Shown piece by piece: positions 48,202 through 62,035 of a DNA stretch of 64,000 bases. The stretch is taken from the NCBI RefSeq assembly GCF_035084215.1, contig NC_090341.1:55180001-55244000 (forward strand), given 5' to 3'. The translations under genes were made by a program, and so were the position numbers. This stretch comes from Heptranchias perlo. Taxonomy: Eukaryota. Position 1 is the first letter of the stretch. The number at the start of each line of letters is the position of its first letter. Below the pieces are notes generated by a model that saw nothing but the letters and a program-made list of their open reading frames with translations, had not been told where the DNA came from and ran no database searches.

Positions 48202-49824
48202 ACTTGCATCTGTATCACATAAATCTACCAGCACAGCTGCTATTTTTCTATTGGCTTTGGATTTTTCCTAAAGAGCTTTCAGTGTTTTGTTTTAAATGCG
48301 GCTCTATTGAGAAAATGAATTGTTCACTTGCAAGCCAGAAATTATAAACAATATCCCTTTAAAGACTGCTTTCACTACACTGGTCAATTTCCTCATTAGT
48401 GTTAATTACAGTCACTGTATCCCTGCTGAACACAGGAGGAAAGCCATTTGCCCTGCCGGTGCTCACTCACTGCCATATGGGTTAGAGACACTTCAACAAC
48501 ATGCCAGCTCAGCTTAGTCAGTTAGTTGCCATATGGACACAGTCAAGATCTCCCAGTAAAATCACCAAAGGAGTGTTGCAGCAGGAATCCCACCCACGCA
48601 CCCGAATTACACTCCATGCTGTAGGCAGCTGCGTCAGTTAACTTTGTTTTCAGCAACTGCACAAGGTTGTACTACATTTTGCAGAAAAGACTGAATGCTC
48701 AAAAAGTAGGACGCACCTCTTTGACTTGTTTATTTTTCTTCCCTCTCCACCCTCTCATTTCTTGATATGATTGTTTTTAAAACATTATTACACTCTTTCC
48801 CTTTTGCTTCAGGGCCTTTGCTAATGCTGCTCTGTAATTAGGCTGCTGGGAGGGTCAGATTAGTCCACAAGTAACTCGGGCACTCATTTTCCTTCCCTTC
48901 TCAAGGAGTCTATTCCCTCAGGCAGCGTTATGGAGATCTGCAATTCATCACATCAGAAATCTTGGGCATGAACCCGCATCATTCTAACAAGTGGTACAGC
49001 ACTTTACAGCATGAATGTGCTACACTACCATCTTCAACTCAGACTTTAACTGAACAAATTCCTCGTGGAAGACAAAGCATCAAGACTTAATCAACGTTGT
49101 GAATCCTAAATCCCAAGGCAATACAGTCACAGAACGAGGCCAGATTAAGTATACAGCTGACGTACTTTTGGAACTGCTTTCTGCTTCAATCAATTGGATC
49201 TTACATTCAAAAACTAGAGTGGAAAGTCCATTTCAATTCCAGGCTGGACTAATTTACCCACAATCACAGTGAAGTGAAAAGTACACTTTTTTGCCCCTTT
49301 ACATTTTCTCCGTCTGTAGATTTCCTTGTAGCATGCCATTTCCAGCCAAGGGAACAAGATGACGACTTATATCCATCCCTCTACCCATAGCACTGATAGG
49401 TACATGAAGGTCCAGAGTGCCTTTTATGGGTAAAGTTCCAAGTCTGTGCTCAGCTAGCTTTAGGATTGAGACTAGGGTTTGGGTTGGGACTGCCAAAGCT
49501 CCACTCCCCACCCCTCAGTAGTTTACCTTGAATCTCTGTCTCCATTGTAAAAGCAGACAGTTTCCGAACTCAGACATAAAGCAAACAGGAGAGGAAACTG
49601 ACATGGAGGTATCAAGGCATGTAGTGAGGTAAAGGCATGGAGCAGGTGGCAGAGCAAAATAATAATGAGTCAACATCATTGTCCATTATTTCTCCCAACA
49701 AATTAAGTACAAGAATTCAAATGTTGTCGATTGTTACTGCACCATCAAGATGGCCACACATAGGTGATGCTATGAAGGACTGCAACTCAAACCTGAAACT
49801 GAATTCGAAACAAATGAAAATGAT

Positions 49825-50505
49825 GGAGAAGAAAAAAATTTGCTGGTCCATCGAGCCTATCCCATAGTCAAGCTGCATTTGAGCATCATGACCCCAATAC
49901 TCCCACCCACCAACATCCACGTAATTTCCCGAGAGAGGCAAAAAAAGATTTTTAAAAACCCTATGCCAATTTCAGGGAAAATAAATTTTGGGAAATTCCT
50001 GTTCAACCAATGAAGGTGATCAAAACGGGCTCCAGGAGACCATAGTGACCATAAGGCACATCATCTAACAGCTCACCTACCTTTCATAGGCAGTGCTATC
50101 AGCTTCAGCCAGGAACTCCTCCAGCTCCCTTTTGAACACTTGTACAGAATCCACACTCACTGGACGAGCCTCCAACTCATTCCAGAGGTCAATGATCCTA
50201 TCTGAAATGAAAATCCTCCTGACATCTAACCTGGTTTTATGCTTACCTAACTTATATGCATGTCCCCTGGTTCTCCCTAACCTATCTAATTCAAGCAGTC
50301 TATCCATACGGACACAGTCTAGTCCCTTCATTATTTTAAAAACCTCAAATCAAATCTCCCCGATCTACCCTTTTCTAAAGGAAAAAAGAGCCAGCTGTCT
50401 AAGCCTATGGCGATAACTAAGGGCTTATAAACCAGGGTTCATTCTAGTAGCCATCCTCTGAACCTTTTCCAGGGCCTCTATCTCCTAGTATGTGAGGGAG
50501 CCAAA
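49825..50505 (-). mobile_element. CR1 LINE 3' fragment (divergent subfamily)
   Basis: RTRGHAYKLGK...RRIFISDRIIDLWNEL...FKRELEEFL. Confidence 0.8.
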
Positions 50506-52249
50506 ATTCTTTGGGGAAAAAGTTGAAAACAGATAATTGGTCTCCATTCATTAGTAATTCAGTGGGAAAATGTTCAAAACAAGCCATGTTTATACTTTAC
50601 ATGTAGAGAAGTCATGAAAGAGCCATACAATACCAGAACCATCAGCTTTTACAGCATGTGCAACACACAGATACAAGAGTTCTCACTGAGCCATAAAGCA
50701 GCGTACTCGAGTGGACTGCAATGTACTGTAATATATCAAATGAAATAGTCGATGGATTTCTTTTTAAACTGTGGACTATTCTTAGGAGGGATCTGAAACA
50801 AAATGGAAGAACAGATTCTTCACTCTCTGGGAAGCTCACTTTCTTTAACAGAATCTGCAGCACCCTTGAGAATGTGGGCAAATACCCTGCAGAGATGTAC
50901 ATTAGGCTGACAGCAATATAATGTTTACTTCTAATTAGCTTAGGTCAATCCTACATAGCCAATCTGGCATATTAACTACTACACTCCAATTATTTGCAAC
51001 ACCAGGGATATGAATGCCTTAAAAAAATGTACCAAATTAATTCAATACCTTCCCAGATGCCACAGTTGTCAATTTACAATGCAGGAAGTTTTGGAAACTA
51101 AAGTTGGGAAGGTAAAAATTAGGGTTTGCTTTTCCTCAATGTGTTTCTTTTTGCCTACATACAGACACAATGAAGCAATGCAAGGGTTCTCGCACCTTCT
51201 CCCAAGCAACTTGGCTGAGCTCAGTGAAGCTTGTTCAAGCACTAGCACTAATTGAGCCTGACATTCAAACTCAGACATCCTAGCTTGCAGTCTTACGTTG
51301 TTGTGCTGCTAATTGGAAATTAATATAAACTGTCATGTTTTGGGATTTCCGGGCTATTGTTTCCACAGAAAGGATTTGGAAAAAAAGAATTAATTTTAAA
51401 TATTACATTTTTAAAGCAAAATGTATTCACACAAGTTTTTTTAAAATGTATTGAGACAATGGGTGGTTAAAATGCTAATAAGCTAATTTTTACATTGTTC
51501 TCCCATAGATTGTAAATAATAAGCAATTTGTTAGCCTGTCTCAGCAAAACTCCTCACACCAATTGTGTTGGGAAGTTTCACATCCATTTTGGCTGACAGA
51601 GGCAATCAGATCCAGCAAACGCACCAAAGTCAGTCAGGGTTTAAAAACAGAAAGCTGCAAGGGTAAACTTTGGCCAGGTTCAAAAGGATAATGCAGGAGG
51701 TTACTTTGTTTAAGACAAGTAAGACAACCCACTGATGTGAGGAAGCATAGCATACTAATCATTTTATATTGCCAAGATAAGTTTACTGATTGAAATAAGT
51801 GAATCTGATCATAACTATTGCAGTGTATATTCACTCGCTATGAAATAAATCAACTTAATGATCCATGCCTTGCCTTGTCTTACCAATTGTTTTCTCGGTC
51901 CGCCTTCAAAAAGATTGAAGAGCATGTGTGAAAGACATGAATATCCCGAATTTATTATTGTTAGACCCCTGGGTTACACCAACAGATAGTTAGATATTGG
52001 GCAGCATGGGTACACCCCTAAATGCAAGATGCTCAGACTGCTTACACGAGTGACTAGCACTGCTGTACCTGAGAGACTGCCTAAGGAAAGACCCTAAATG
52101 TGTAACAATGACATTAGGTGTAATATATACTCAGTACTCTATACATTATATTTGCCTACATAACTTCAAAAGCAATTGTGTGAAGTGCATTGGAATGTTT
52201 TAACATGGCTACATAAGTGGATGTAGTAGTATTATTAGTATTGACTGAA

Positions 52250-52670
52250 TAGTAGTTAGAAGGTCATGGGATCAAGCCCCACTCCAGAAACTTGAGCACA
52301 TGATGAAGGCTGACATCTCAGTGTAGTACTAAGGGAGTGCTGCACTGCCGGAGGTGTCATTTCTCAACTGATGTTAAAATGAGGCTGCATCCCCCTCTCA
52401 GGTGGACATAAAAGATTTCATGGAACTATTTGAAAAAGAGCAGGGGAGTTCTGCTGGTATACTGGCCAACATTTATTCCTCAACTAACATAAAATAATAC
52501 AGATTATCTGGTCATTTGTCTCACCACTGTTTGTGAGATCTTGTGTGTAAAATAGCATTTCTCTACATTACAACAGTGAGTACACTTCAGAAGTACTTCA
52601 TTGGCTGTGAAGTGCTTTGGGACATCTTGAATTCATGAAAGCGCTATATAAACATAAGTTCTTTCTTTCT
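52250..52670 (+). mobile_element. Deu-type SINE (SacSINE1-like), near full length
   Basis: B-box-like gggatcaagccc head, central gtagtactaagggagtgctgcactgccggaggtgtc domain, and L2-like tail aagcgctatataaa..ttctttcttt. Confidence 0.8.
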
Positions 52671-53044
52671 ATTATAATCTACTGTGCAATAAATCAAACA
52701 GAGGACATTATTAAATATAAAAGTTTTTCACTGGGTCAGTCTCATGGACCTGTTAGCATGACAATTCTAGAGTGCAGGCCTGGGCAATGGGAACAAACCT
52801 ATAAAAATAAGCAGCAAGGAATGAGCACAGAAATTGGTTTCAGCAAGTGCCACTATCTCTGCTACAGATGCAGAGCACTACTGCTGCTTCTATTTTCAAT
52901 TATTGTTGCAGGAAAATAATGTGAAACAGAGAATCTGTGTTCTTTTAACTTCTGATCAGTGCTCGACAAACTCAGGAAAAACTGCTGCAGAACTTGTATG
53001 GGTTCATATATATTTTATATTCCATGGGAGTCCCATGAGTGAAT

Positions 53045-53633
53045 CTCAAGAACACAGGAACAGAAGTAGGCCATTCAGCCCCTCGAACCTGTTCCGCCAT
53101 TCAATGAGATAGTTTCTGATCTGTATCCTAATTCCATTTACCAGCCTTAGCTCAATATCCCTTAATACTCTTGGATAGCAAAATCTATCGCTAAGAATTA
53201 AAATTATTAATTGAGCTAGCATCTACTGCTTTTTGTGGGAGAAAGTGCTTCACTTCTATCACCCTTTGCCTGAAGAAATGTTTCCTAACTTCTCTCCTGA
53301 ATGGCCTAATTCTGATTTTAAGGTTACGTCCGCATGTCCTAGACTCCCCCACCAGTGGGAAAAGTTTCTCTCCATCTACCCTATCAATTCCTTACAAAAT
53401 CCTGAAAATCTGAATCAAATCACACCTTAACCTTCTATATTCCAGGGAATACAAGCCTAGTTTATGTAATGGCTCCTCATAATTTAACTCTTGGAGCCCT
53501 GGTAACATTCTGGTGAATCTGTGCTGCACTCCTTCCAAGGCAAATATATCCTAAGGTGCGGTGCCCAGAACTGTACACAGCACTCCAGAAGTGATCTAAC
53601 CAGGGCTTTGTATAGCTGTAGCAAAACTTCCTC
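53045..53633 (-). mobile_element. CR1 LINE 3' fragment
   Basis: ggtgcccagaactgtacacagcactccag (LEC/YCVQFWAP reverse complement) and the CR1 3' UTR aggccattcagcccctcga. Confidence 0.85.
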
Positions 53634-53699
53634 CAGAAGACAACTTATATTTTTATAGTGCTGCTGATAGAGGTCAATGTCTTAGAGCATGTCACAAAA

Positions 53700-54170
53700 A
53701 AGTAGACAGCAAGCAGGGACAAAAACAGGAAAACCCAGGGTTAGGGAGAGGAAATGATGGCACAGTCCAAATTCCCACTTTTAGAAGCAAGAAGAGAGAT
53801 GGCAAATCAAAACGATTCTTCAAGAGCGTTTGAGAGAACAGGGGTAATAGTGGCTGAAGGAGTAGCAATCAATGGTGAAATGGAGAACAAGAAGTAGGCC
53901 AGTGCTGAGGAGCAATGGATGTGTGCAGGGGCTTATGGATGGAGGAGATCACGGGGTAGAGCAAGATAAAGGCATGAAGAGTTTTGAAAATGAGGACAAA
54001 GATCTTATAGTCAGTCCATTGGGTACAGGAAGCCAGTGGAGCTGGGCAAGAATGGATGTGATGGGGTTGCGGGTTCGGGTAGTAAAAGGTATGGCAGAGG
54101 TGTTCGGGACAAGCATAGTTTGAAGAGTGGAGGCAAGGAGAGCATGAGAAGTTCCTGCAAGGCAAGGGTG
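53700..54170 (-). mobile_element. Old L2 C-terminal fragment
   Basis: WTDYKIFVLIFKTLH resembles the L2 RIDFKILLLVFKSLH motif. Confidence 0.55.
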
Positions 54171-54594
54171 TATTTTAAAGGATCAATAAGACTAGACTAG
54201 TTGGTGATTCTAATAGGAATTTGCAAATTCAGATTTCCCTCTGTATATGTGCTTATTATTTAAAGTAGAAGCGGAGCAGCATTCTTACAGTGCCACAATC
54301 TTCAATGCTGAATAACTTGCAGTCTGATCTCAGTTCTCATGGGCTCACTGTCCCTAATGGGACAGGAGCCACCACGTGAAGCAGGAACTAACCTTTAGTA
54401 GTGAATGAAGCGATCCAGAATCAAATTCATTGATTTGCCTATTCATTTCTTTAGTGCGTACTCATGTTTGAGCCATATATAAATATGAATATTACTAATG
54501 CGTTGTAGAGCCATACTTTGAGATTGCCACTTGTGTTGCATCTCCATATATGGGACAGACAGTTAATTGCAGAGCTCACAAATGCAATGCGTCT

Positions 54595-54830
54595 GTATGT
54601 GTACAGATCTAGACTTTGCCGACAACATAGTGGCCTTGGCTGAAATTATGGACACCCTCACTGAAGCTCTACAAATTTTTGATCATGACGCATCTAGCCT
54701 TGGTCTTCAGGTCAGCTGGAACAAGACAGAAGTGCACGTTAGGGCGTCCTATCATTCCAGCTACCTTTATAATAGATGACGATCCATCCAAGACAGTGGA
54801 ATCAGTGACACAATTCAACTTACTTAGGTA
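54595..54830 (+). mobile_element. RTE-clade LINE RT fragment
   Basis: TDLDFADNIVALAE...ASSLGLQVSWNKTEV...VESVTQFNLLR matches DLDFADD / GL.VSW.KTK / VE.V..F.YLG. Confidence 0.7.
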
Positions 54831-55029
54831 GCATGAGTTCCTCCAACGGGGACTGTTGTCCTGACTGCTGAGTGCATTGCATTGTAAGCTACGCAATGAA
54901 CTCTCGATCCCTTTTTCCCCCAAATTACATATTAAAAATCCCCTCAGTTGCAATAAAAGTAACTAAAATTTAAAAAGGAACAGCGTGTCAGAGTGAACCG
55001 AAAAATGTTGCTTATATTCCAATTGCTCA

Positions 55030-57720
55030 CATAAGAACATAAAAAAAGAGTAGGTCATATGACCCCTCGAGCTTGTTCCGACATTCAATAAGATCATGGC
55101 TGATCTTCGACCTTAACTCCATTTCCCCGCCTGAGCCCTATATCCCTTGACTCCCATAGAGTCCAAAAATCTGTCGATCACAGCCTTGAATATACTCAAT
55201 GACTGAGCATCCACAGCCCTCTGGGGTAGAGAATTCCAAAGATTCACAACCCTGCATGTGAAGAAATTCCTCCTCATCTCAGTCTTAAATGGCCAACCCC
55301 TTATCCTGAGACTGTGCCCCCTAGTTCTAGACTCTCCAGCCAGGGAAAACAACCTCTCAGCATCTACTCTGTCAAGCCTTCTCGGAATCGTATATGTTTC
55401 AACGAGATCACCTCTCATTCTTCTATACTCCAGTGAGTATAGGACCATTCTACTCAAATTTCCTCATCGGACAACCTTTTCATCCCAGGAATCAATCTAG
55501 TGAACCTTCGTTGCACCATCTCTAAGGTAAGTACATCCTTCCTTAGGTAAGGAGACCAAGAAAACCTAAAGATGTTTTATAAATACATTAAGAGCAAGAA
55601 GATAACTAAGAAAAGTTAGAGACCAAAAAGATAACCTATGTGTGGAGGCAGAAGATGTGGGTATGGTTCTTAATGAATACTTTGCATCTGTTGTCACAAA
55701 AGAGAGGGACGATGCAGACTTTGTAGTTAAGGAGGAGTGTGAAATATTGCATGGGATAAACATGGTGAGAGGGGAAGTATTATGGGGATTAACATCTTTG
55801 AAGGTAGATAAATCGCCAGGCCCGGATGAAATGTATCCCAGGCTGTTAAAAGAAGCAAGGGAGGAAATAGCGGAGGCTCTGACCATCACTTTCCAATCCT
55901 CACCAGATACACGCGTGGTGCCGGAGGTTTGGAGGACTGCTAACGTTGCACCATTGTTTAAAAAGGGAGCGAGGGATAGACTGAGTACTTACAGGCCAGT
56001 CAGTCTAACCTCAGTGGTGGGCAAATTATTGGAATCAATTCTGAAGGACAGTATAAACCGTCACTTAGAAAAGCACGGATTAATCAAGGACAGTCAGCAT
56101 GGATTTGTTAAGTGAAGATCGTGTCTGACTAACTAGATTGAATTTTTTGAGGTGGTAACAAGGAAGGTCGATGAGGGTAGTGCATTTGATGTAGTCTACA
56201 TGGATTTTAGCAAGGCTTTGGACAAGGTACCACATGGCAGACTGGTCTAAAAAGTACAAGCCCATGGGATCCAAGGGAGAGTAGCAAGTTGGATCCAAAA
56301 TTGGCTCAGCGGCAGGAAGGAAAGGGTAATGGTTGACGGGTGTTTTTGTGACTGGTAGAATATGTCCAGTGGGGTTCCGCAGGGCTCAGTACTAGGTCCA
56401 TTGCTTTTTGTGATACATATTAATGATTTGGACTTAAATGTAGGGGACATGATTAAGAAGTTTTCAGATGATTCAAAAATAGGTCGTGTGGTTGATAGCA
56501 AGGAGGAAAGCTGTAGACAGCAGGAAGATAACAATGGACTGGTCAGGTGGGCAGAAAAGTGGCAAATGGAATTCAATCCGGAGAAGTGTGAGGTAATGCA
56601 TTTGGGGAGGACAAACAAGGCAAGGGAGTACTCAATAAATGGGAGGATACTGAAAGGTGTAGAGGAAGTGAGGGACCTTGGATTGCATGTCCACAGATCC
56701 CTGAAGGTAGCAGGACAGTTAGATAATGTGGTTAAGGCGGCATATGGAATACTTTCCTTTATTAGCCGAGGCATAGAATATAAAAGCAGGGAGGTTACGC
56801 TGGAACTGTATAAAACACTGGTTAGGCCACAGCTTGAGTACTGTATAGAGTTCTGGTCACACATTACAGGACGGATGTAATTGCACTAGAGAGGGTACAG
56901 AGGAGATTTACGAGGATGTTGCCAGGACTGGAGAATTTTAGCTTTGAGGAAAGATTGGATAGGCTGGGGTTGCTCTCTTTGGAACAGAGGAGGCTGAGGG
57001 GAGATTTGATTGAGGTGTACAAAATTATGAGGGGCCTAGATAGAGTGGATAGGAAGGACCTAGTTCCCTTAGCAGAGAGGTCAATAACCAGGGGGCATAG
57101 ATTAAAGTGAATGGTAGAAGGATTAGAGGGGAGCTGAGGAAAATGTTTTCACCCAGAGAGGGTGGTAGTGATCTGTAACTCACTGCCTGAAAGGGTGGTA
57201 GAGGCAGAAACCCTCAACTCATTTAAAAGGTACCTGGATGTGCAATGAAGAGCCGTGACCTATAAGGCTACGGACCAAGTGTTGGAAAATGGGATTAAGC
57301 TGGGTGGCTCATTTTCGGCCGGTGCAGACATGATGGGCCAAATGGCCTCCTTCTGTGCCATAAATTTTCTATGATTCTAACTGTACACAGTACTCCAGTC
57401 AGGGTCTCACCAAAGCCCTGTACAATTGCAGCAAGACTTCCTTACTGTTGTACTCAACCCCCCTTGCGATAAAGGCCAACATATCATTTGTGTTTCATGT
57501 ACAAGAACACCCAAATGTCTCTGAACGCCAACATTTAATAGTTTCTCACCATTTAAAAAATATACTGTTTTTCTATTCTTCCTACCAAAGTGAATAACCT
57601 CACATTTCCCCACATTATACGCCATCGTCCACCTTCTTGCCCTCTCACTTAACCTGTCTATATCCCTTTGCAGATTCCTTGTGACCTCCTTACAGCTTAC
57701 TTTCCCACCTAGCTTTGTCA
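55030..57720 (-). mobile_element. CR1 LINE split into 55030-55559 and 57379-57720 by a nested insertion
   Basis: ...ccttaggtaaggagaccaa (55559) rejoins aactgtacacagtactccag (57379), restoring the LEYCVQFWSP reverse complement. Confidence 0.88.
55560..57378 (+). mobile_element. Nested CR1 LINE, 5'-truncated
   Basis: LNEYFASV, KSPGPDEMYPR, YRPVSLTSVVGK, GVPQGSVLGP, FSDDSK; tctatgattcta tail. Confidence 0.93.
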
Positions 57721-58779
57721 ATCAATGTCGACTCTCACTCTAGAGTTTATTTGAATTGTTTACTCCTTCTCCCACTGTGATTTTCTAGATTTGACAGACA
57801 AATCTAAGCAATATTTTAAATACACAATTCTTGAACAATGAGTTGACAATCCTCCATTTCACAATCACTTTAAAGAGCTAAACTGTATTCAACTTAGATA
57901 ATGTTCGATCAGGAGCACAACTTCAAATAAAACAGAAAAAGGGACCGAGAATGGGAGAAGAGCCATGCATAACTTTTACGCACTTACATTTTTGTAACAC
58001 AATGACAGGTTTTGGCATGAATTATATTAGTGCATCAGGTGTTTGGCAGACAAGTGAAGAAAAGGTTTGCAAACACTCTTTAAAGGCAACACTGCCTCAT
58101 TTCACTAGCCCACATTTCCAGGGGATTCTCACAAAGGTCAAAGACCCTAACTGCAAGCTTAGTTCTCAGAAGCAGAACAAAATCCTGCAAGCCTCTTGCA
58201 AGAGCAGGCATCAGTAGAATGTGGATTTTGGAGCTTGATCATGTAGCTACCATAAATCCCGATAATTAAACACATTTCTGTTAGTGCTTCACAGTAATGA
58301 AAGCCAATTGGGCAGACTACAGGCGTGATGTACGATACAACAGACAATCTAACTGCAGGCTCTCCTGCTAAAACTGATAATTAGACAAACTTGCAGCACA
58401 GTACCCATTTCAGAGATCGGAAACTGGCTTTCCCAACCATCTGTCACAATCAACTGTGGGCTTTTTGTTCCCACTGAATATTTAAATTACTTCCGCCGCC
58501 ACTGGATTTACATGAAGGCACTTCATACAGCATGAGGTATATTTTTATATGTTGTTCTGGTGGGCAAGAAGGAAAGTGCCCTCGAGGTATCTTACAATCT
58601 TTTCTTCCTCATTTTGTCCCTTAATGGACCATATTATTTCTCCAGTGACAAGACTGCCAATGCTGTGACCCTCTTCATAACAATCAGCGCGGTACAGTAA
58701 ACAAGTGGCCATACTGCCTCTGGTGGCTTGGAGACTACCTCAAGAGATGACCTAGCATCCTGCATAATAAAGAGAGAAA

Positions 58780-58872
58780 AACTTTCATTTATATAGAGCC
58801 TTTCACGGCCTTAGGACATACCAAAACACTTTACAGCCAATGAAATACTTTTGAAGTGTCGTCACGGCTGTA
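58780..58872 (-). repeat. Deu-SINE 3' tail fragment
   Basis: catttatatagagcctttcacggccttaggacataccaaaacactttacagccaatgaa. Confidence 0.7.
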
Positions 58873-58879
58873 ATTGGGA

Positions 58880-61810
58880 GAGACAAATAGCACTAGAGTA
58901 AGAAATAGTAGGGTATTAGATGGGATCAGACTAAGAGAGAATACAAGAAGGTCTAAGATAGGTTTACAGTGCATGTATGTAAATGCACAAGCGTGTTAAA
59001 CAAGGTTGGTGAGCTATAGGCGCAATTAGCCACATGGGAATATGATGTTGTGGCGATAACGGAGACCTGGCTCAAAAAAGGGCAGGATTGGGTACTAAAT
59101 ATTCCTGGATACAAGGTGCTCAGGAAAGATAGGGAAGGAAAGAAAGGAGGGGGGTCGCGGCAGTATTGATTAAGGAGAATATTGCAGTACTGGAGAGAGC
59201 GGATGTCCTGGAGGGGCCAAGGACATAATCTATTTGGTTAGAGTTAAGAAACAATAGAGGTGCCATTACACTACTAGGGGTAGTCTGTAGGCCACCAACA
59301 GTGGGAAGGATAGAGAGGAGCAAATTTGCAGGGAAATTACAGAGATGTACAAGAACCATAGAGTAGTGATAATGGGGGACTTCAACTATCCTAATATAGA
59401 TTGGGATAGTAATAGTGTAAAGGGACAAAGAGGGGAGGAATTTCTGAAGTGTGTTCAGGAGAACTGTCTTGACCAGTACATTTCTGGCCCAATGAGGAAG
59501 GAGGCATTGCTGGATCTGGTTCTGGGAAATGAGGTGGGCCAAGCAGAGCAAGTGTCAGTGGGGGAGCATTCAGGGAACAATGATCACAGTATCATAAGGT
59601 TTAGATTAGCTATGGAAAAGGACAAGGACCACCCTAAAGTAAAAGTACTCAATTGGAGGTGGGCTAATTTCAGTGGGTTGAGAACGGATCTGGCTTGGGT
59701 AAATTGAAATCAAAAATTAGCAGGCAAAACTGTAATCGAACAATGGGCAGCCTTTAAAGAGGAGATGGTTCAGGTACAGTCTAGATACATTCCCACGAGG
59801 GAGAAAGGTAGGGCAACTAAAACCAGAGCTCCCCGGATGACAAAAGAGATAGAGAATAAGATGAAGCAGAAAAAAAATGGCATATGACAGATGTCAGTTT
59901 GACGATACAAGTGAGAACCAGGCTGAATATAGAAAGTTCAGAGGGGAGGCAAAATAGGAAATAAGAGGGGCCAAATGAGAATGAGAATACACTGGTGGCC
60001 AACATAAAAGGGAATCCAAAAGTCTTCTATAGGCATGTAAACAGTAAACAGATTGTTAGAGGAAGGGTGGGGCCGATTTGGGACCAAAAAGGAGATCTAC
60101 GCATGGAGGCAGAGGGCATGACTGAGGTACTAAATGAATACTTTGCATCTGTCTTTACCAAGGAAGAAGATGCTGCCAAAGTCACAGTAAGTGAAGAGGT
60201 AGTTGAGATACTGGATGGGCTAAAAATTGATAAAGAGGACGTAATAGAAAGGCTAGCTGTACTTAAATAGATAAGTCACCCGGACCGGATGGGATGCATC
60301 CTAGGTTGCTGATGGAAGATTGGAAATTGCGGAGATACTGGCCATAATCTTCCAATCATGCTTAGATAGGGGGTGTTGCCAGAGGACTGGAGAATTGCAA
60401 ATGTTATACCCTTTTTTGAACAAGCTAAACCCAGCAACTACAGGCCAGTCAGTTTAACCTTGGTGGTGGGAAAACCTTTAGAAATGATAACCCAGGACAA
60501 AATTAACAGTCACTTGGATAGGTGTGGATTAATTAAGGAAAACCAGCGTGGATTTGTTGAAGACAAATCGTGTTTAACCAACTTGATTGAGTTTTTTGAT
60601 GAGGTAACAGGGAAGGTTGATGAGGGCAATGCGGTTGATGTGGTGTATATGGACTTCCAAAAGGCAGTTGATAAAGTGCCGCATAATAGGCTTGTCATCA
60701 AAGTTGAAGCCCATGGAATAAAGGAGGCCGTGGCAGCATGGATATGAAATTGGCTAAGTAATAGGAAACAGGGTGTAGTGGTGAACGGTTGTTTTTCGGA
60801 CTGGAGCGAGGTATACAGTGGTGTTCCCCAGGGGTCGGAACTAGGACCAATGTTTTTTTCGATATATATTAATAACTTGGACCTGGATGTACAGGACACA
60901 ATTTCAAAATTTGCAAGCGACACAAAACTTGGAAGGGTAGTGATCAGTGAGGAGGATAGTGGTAGACTTCAAGGGGATGTAGACAGGCTGGTGGAATGGG
61001 TGGACACGTGGCAGATGAAAGTCAACGCAGAAAAGTGCGAAGTGATACATTTCAGTAGGAAGAACGAGGAGAGGCAATTTAAACTAAAGGGTACAATTCT
61101 AAAAGGGGTGCAGGAACAGAGAGATCTGGGGGTATATGTGCACAAATGTTGAAGGTGGCAGGGCAGGTTGAGAAAGTGGTTAAGAAAACATACGGGATCC
61201 AGGGCTTTATAAAGAGAGGCGAGAGTACAAAAGTATGAAAGTCATGATGAACCTTTATAAAACACTGGTTCTGCCACAACTGGAGAATTGAGTCCAGTTC
61301 TGGGCACCGCACTTTAGGAAGGATGTAAAGGCCTTAGGGAGGGTGCAGAAGAGATTGAGGGAATTCAGTTATAGTGATAGACTGCAGAAGCTGGGGTTGT
61401 TCTCCTTAGAGCAAAAGGTTGAGAGGAGATTTGATAGAGGTATTCAAAATCATTAGGGGTCTAGACAGAGTAGATAGAGAGAAACTGTTCCCATTGACGG
61501 AAGGGTCAAGAACCAGAAGACATAGATTTAAGGTGGTTGGCAAAAGAACCAAAGCCAACATGAGAAAAGAAAACTTTTATACTCCAAATGGTTGTGATCT
61601 CAAATGCACTGCCTGAGGGGGTGGTGGAGGCAGATTCAATCGTGGCTTTCAAAAGGGAATTGGATAAGTACTTGAAGGGAAAAAATTTGCAGGACTACGG
61701 GGATAGGGCGGGGTAGTGGGACTAGATGGATTGCTCTTGCAGAGAGCCGGCACGGACTTGACGGGCCAAATGGCCTCCTTCTGCGCTGTAACCATTCTAT
61801 GATTCTATGA
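58880..61810 (+). mobile_element. CR1 LINE, nearly complete ORF2 (APE + RT), degenerate
   Basis: VVAITETWL, NIPGYK, IMGDFNYPNIDW, LDLVLGN, NYRPVSLT, DFQKAVDKVPH, GVPQGS, FASDTK. 3' UTR with attctatgattctatg tail. Many stops. Confidence 0.93.
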
Positions 61811-62035
61811 AAGATGGCAGCCAATTTGCACACAGCAATGAAATAAATGACTAGATCATCCATTTTTTTAGGTATTGGTTGAGAGGTAAATATTGGCCAG
61901 GGCACCAGAAGAACTCCACTGCTCTTCTTTGAATAGTGCCGAGGGAACTTTTACGTGCACCTGAGGGGGCAGGCAGGGCCCCGGTTTAACATCACATTCA
62001 AAAGACAGCACCTCCGACAGTGCAGCACTCCAGTG
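61811..62035 (-). mobile_element. Deu-type SINE fragment
   Basis: Reverse complement of the central SINE domain (aaagacagcacctccgacagtgcagcactcc). Confidence 0.75.

Noticed and set aside
58880-61810. Active full-length CR1
   Set aside because: Multiple stops, frameshifts and small deletions, and no ORF1 or 5' UTR.
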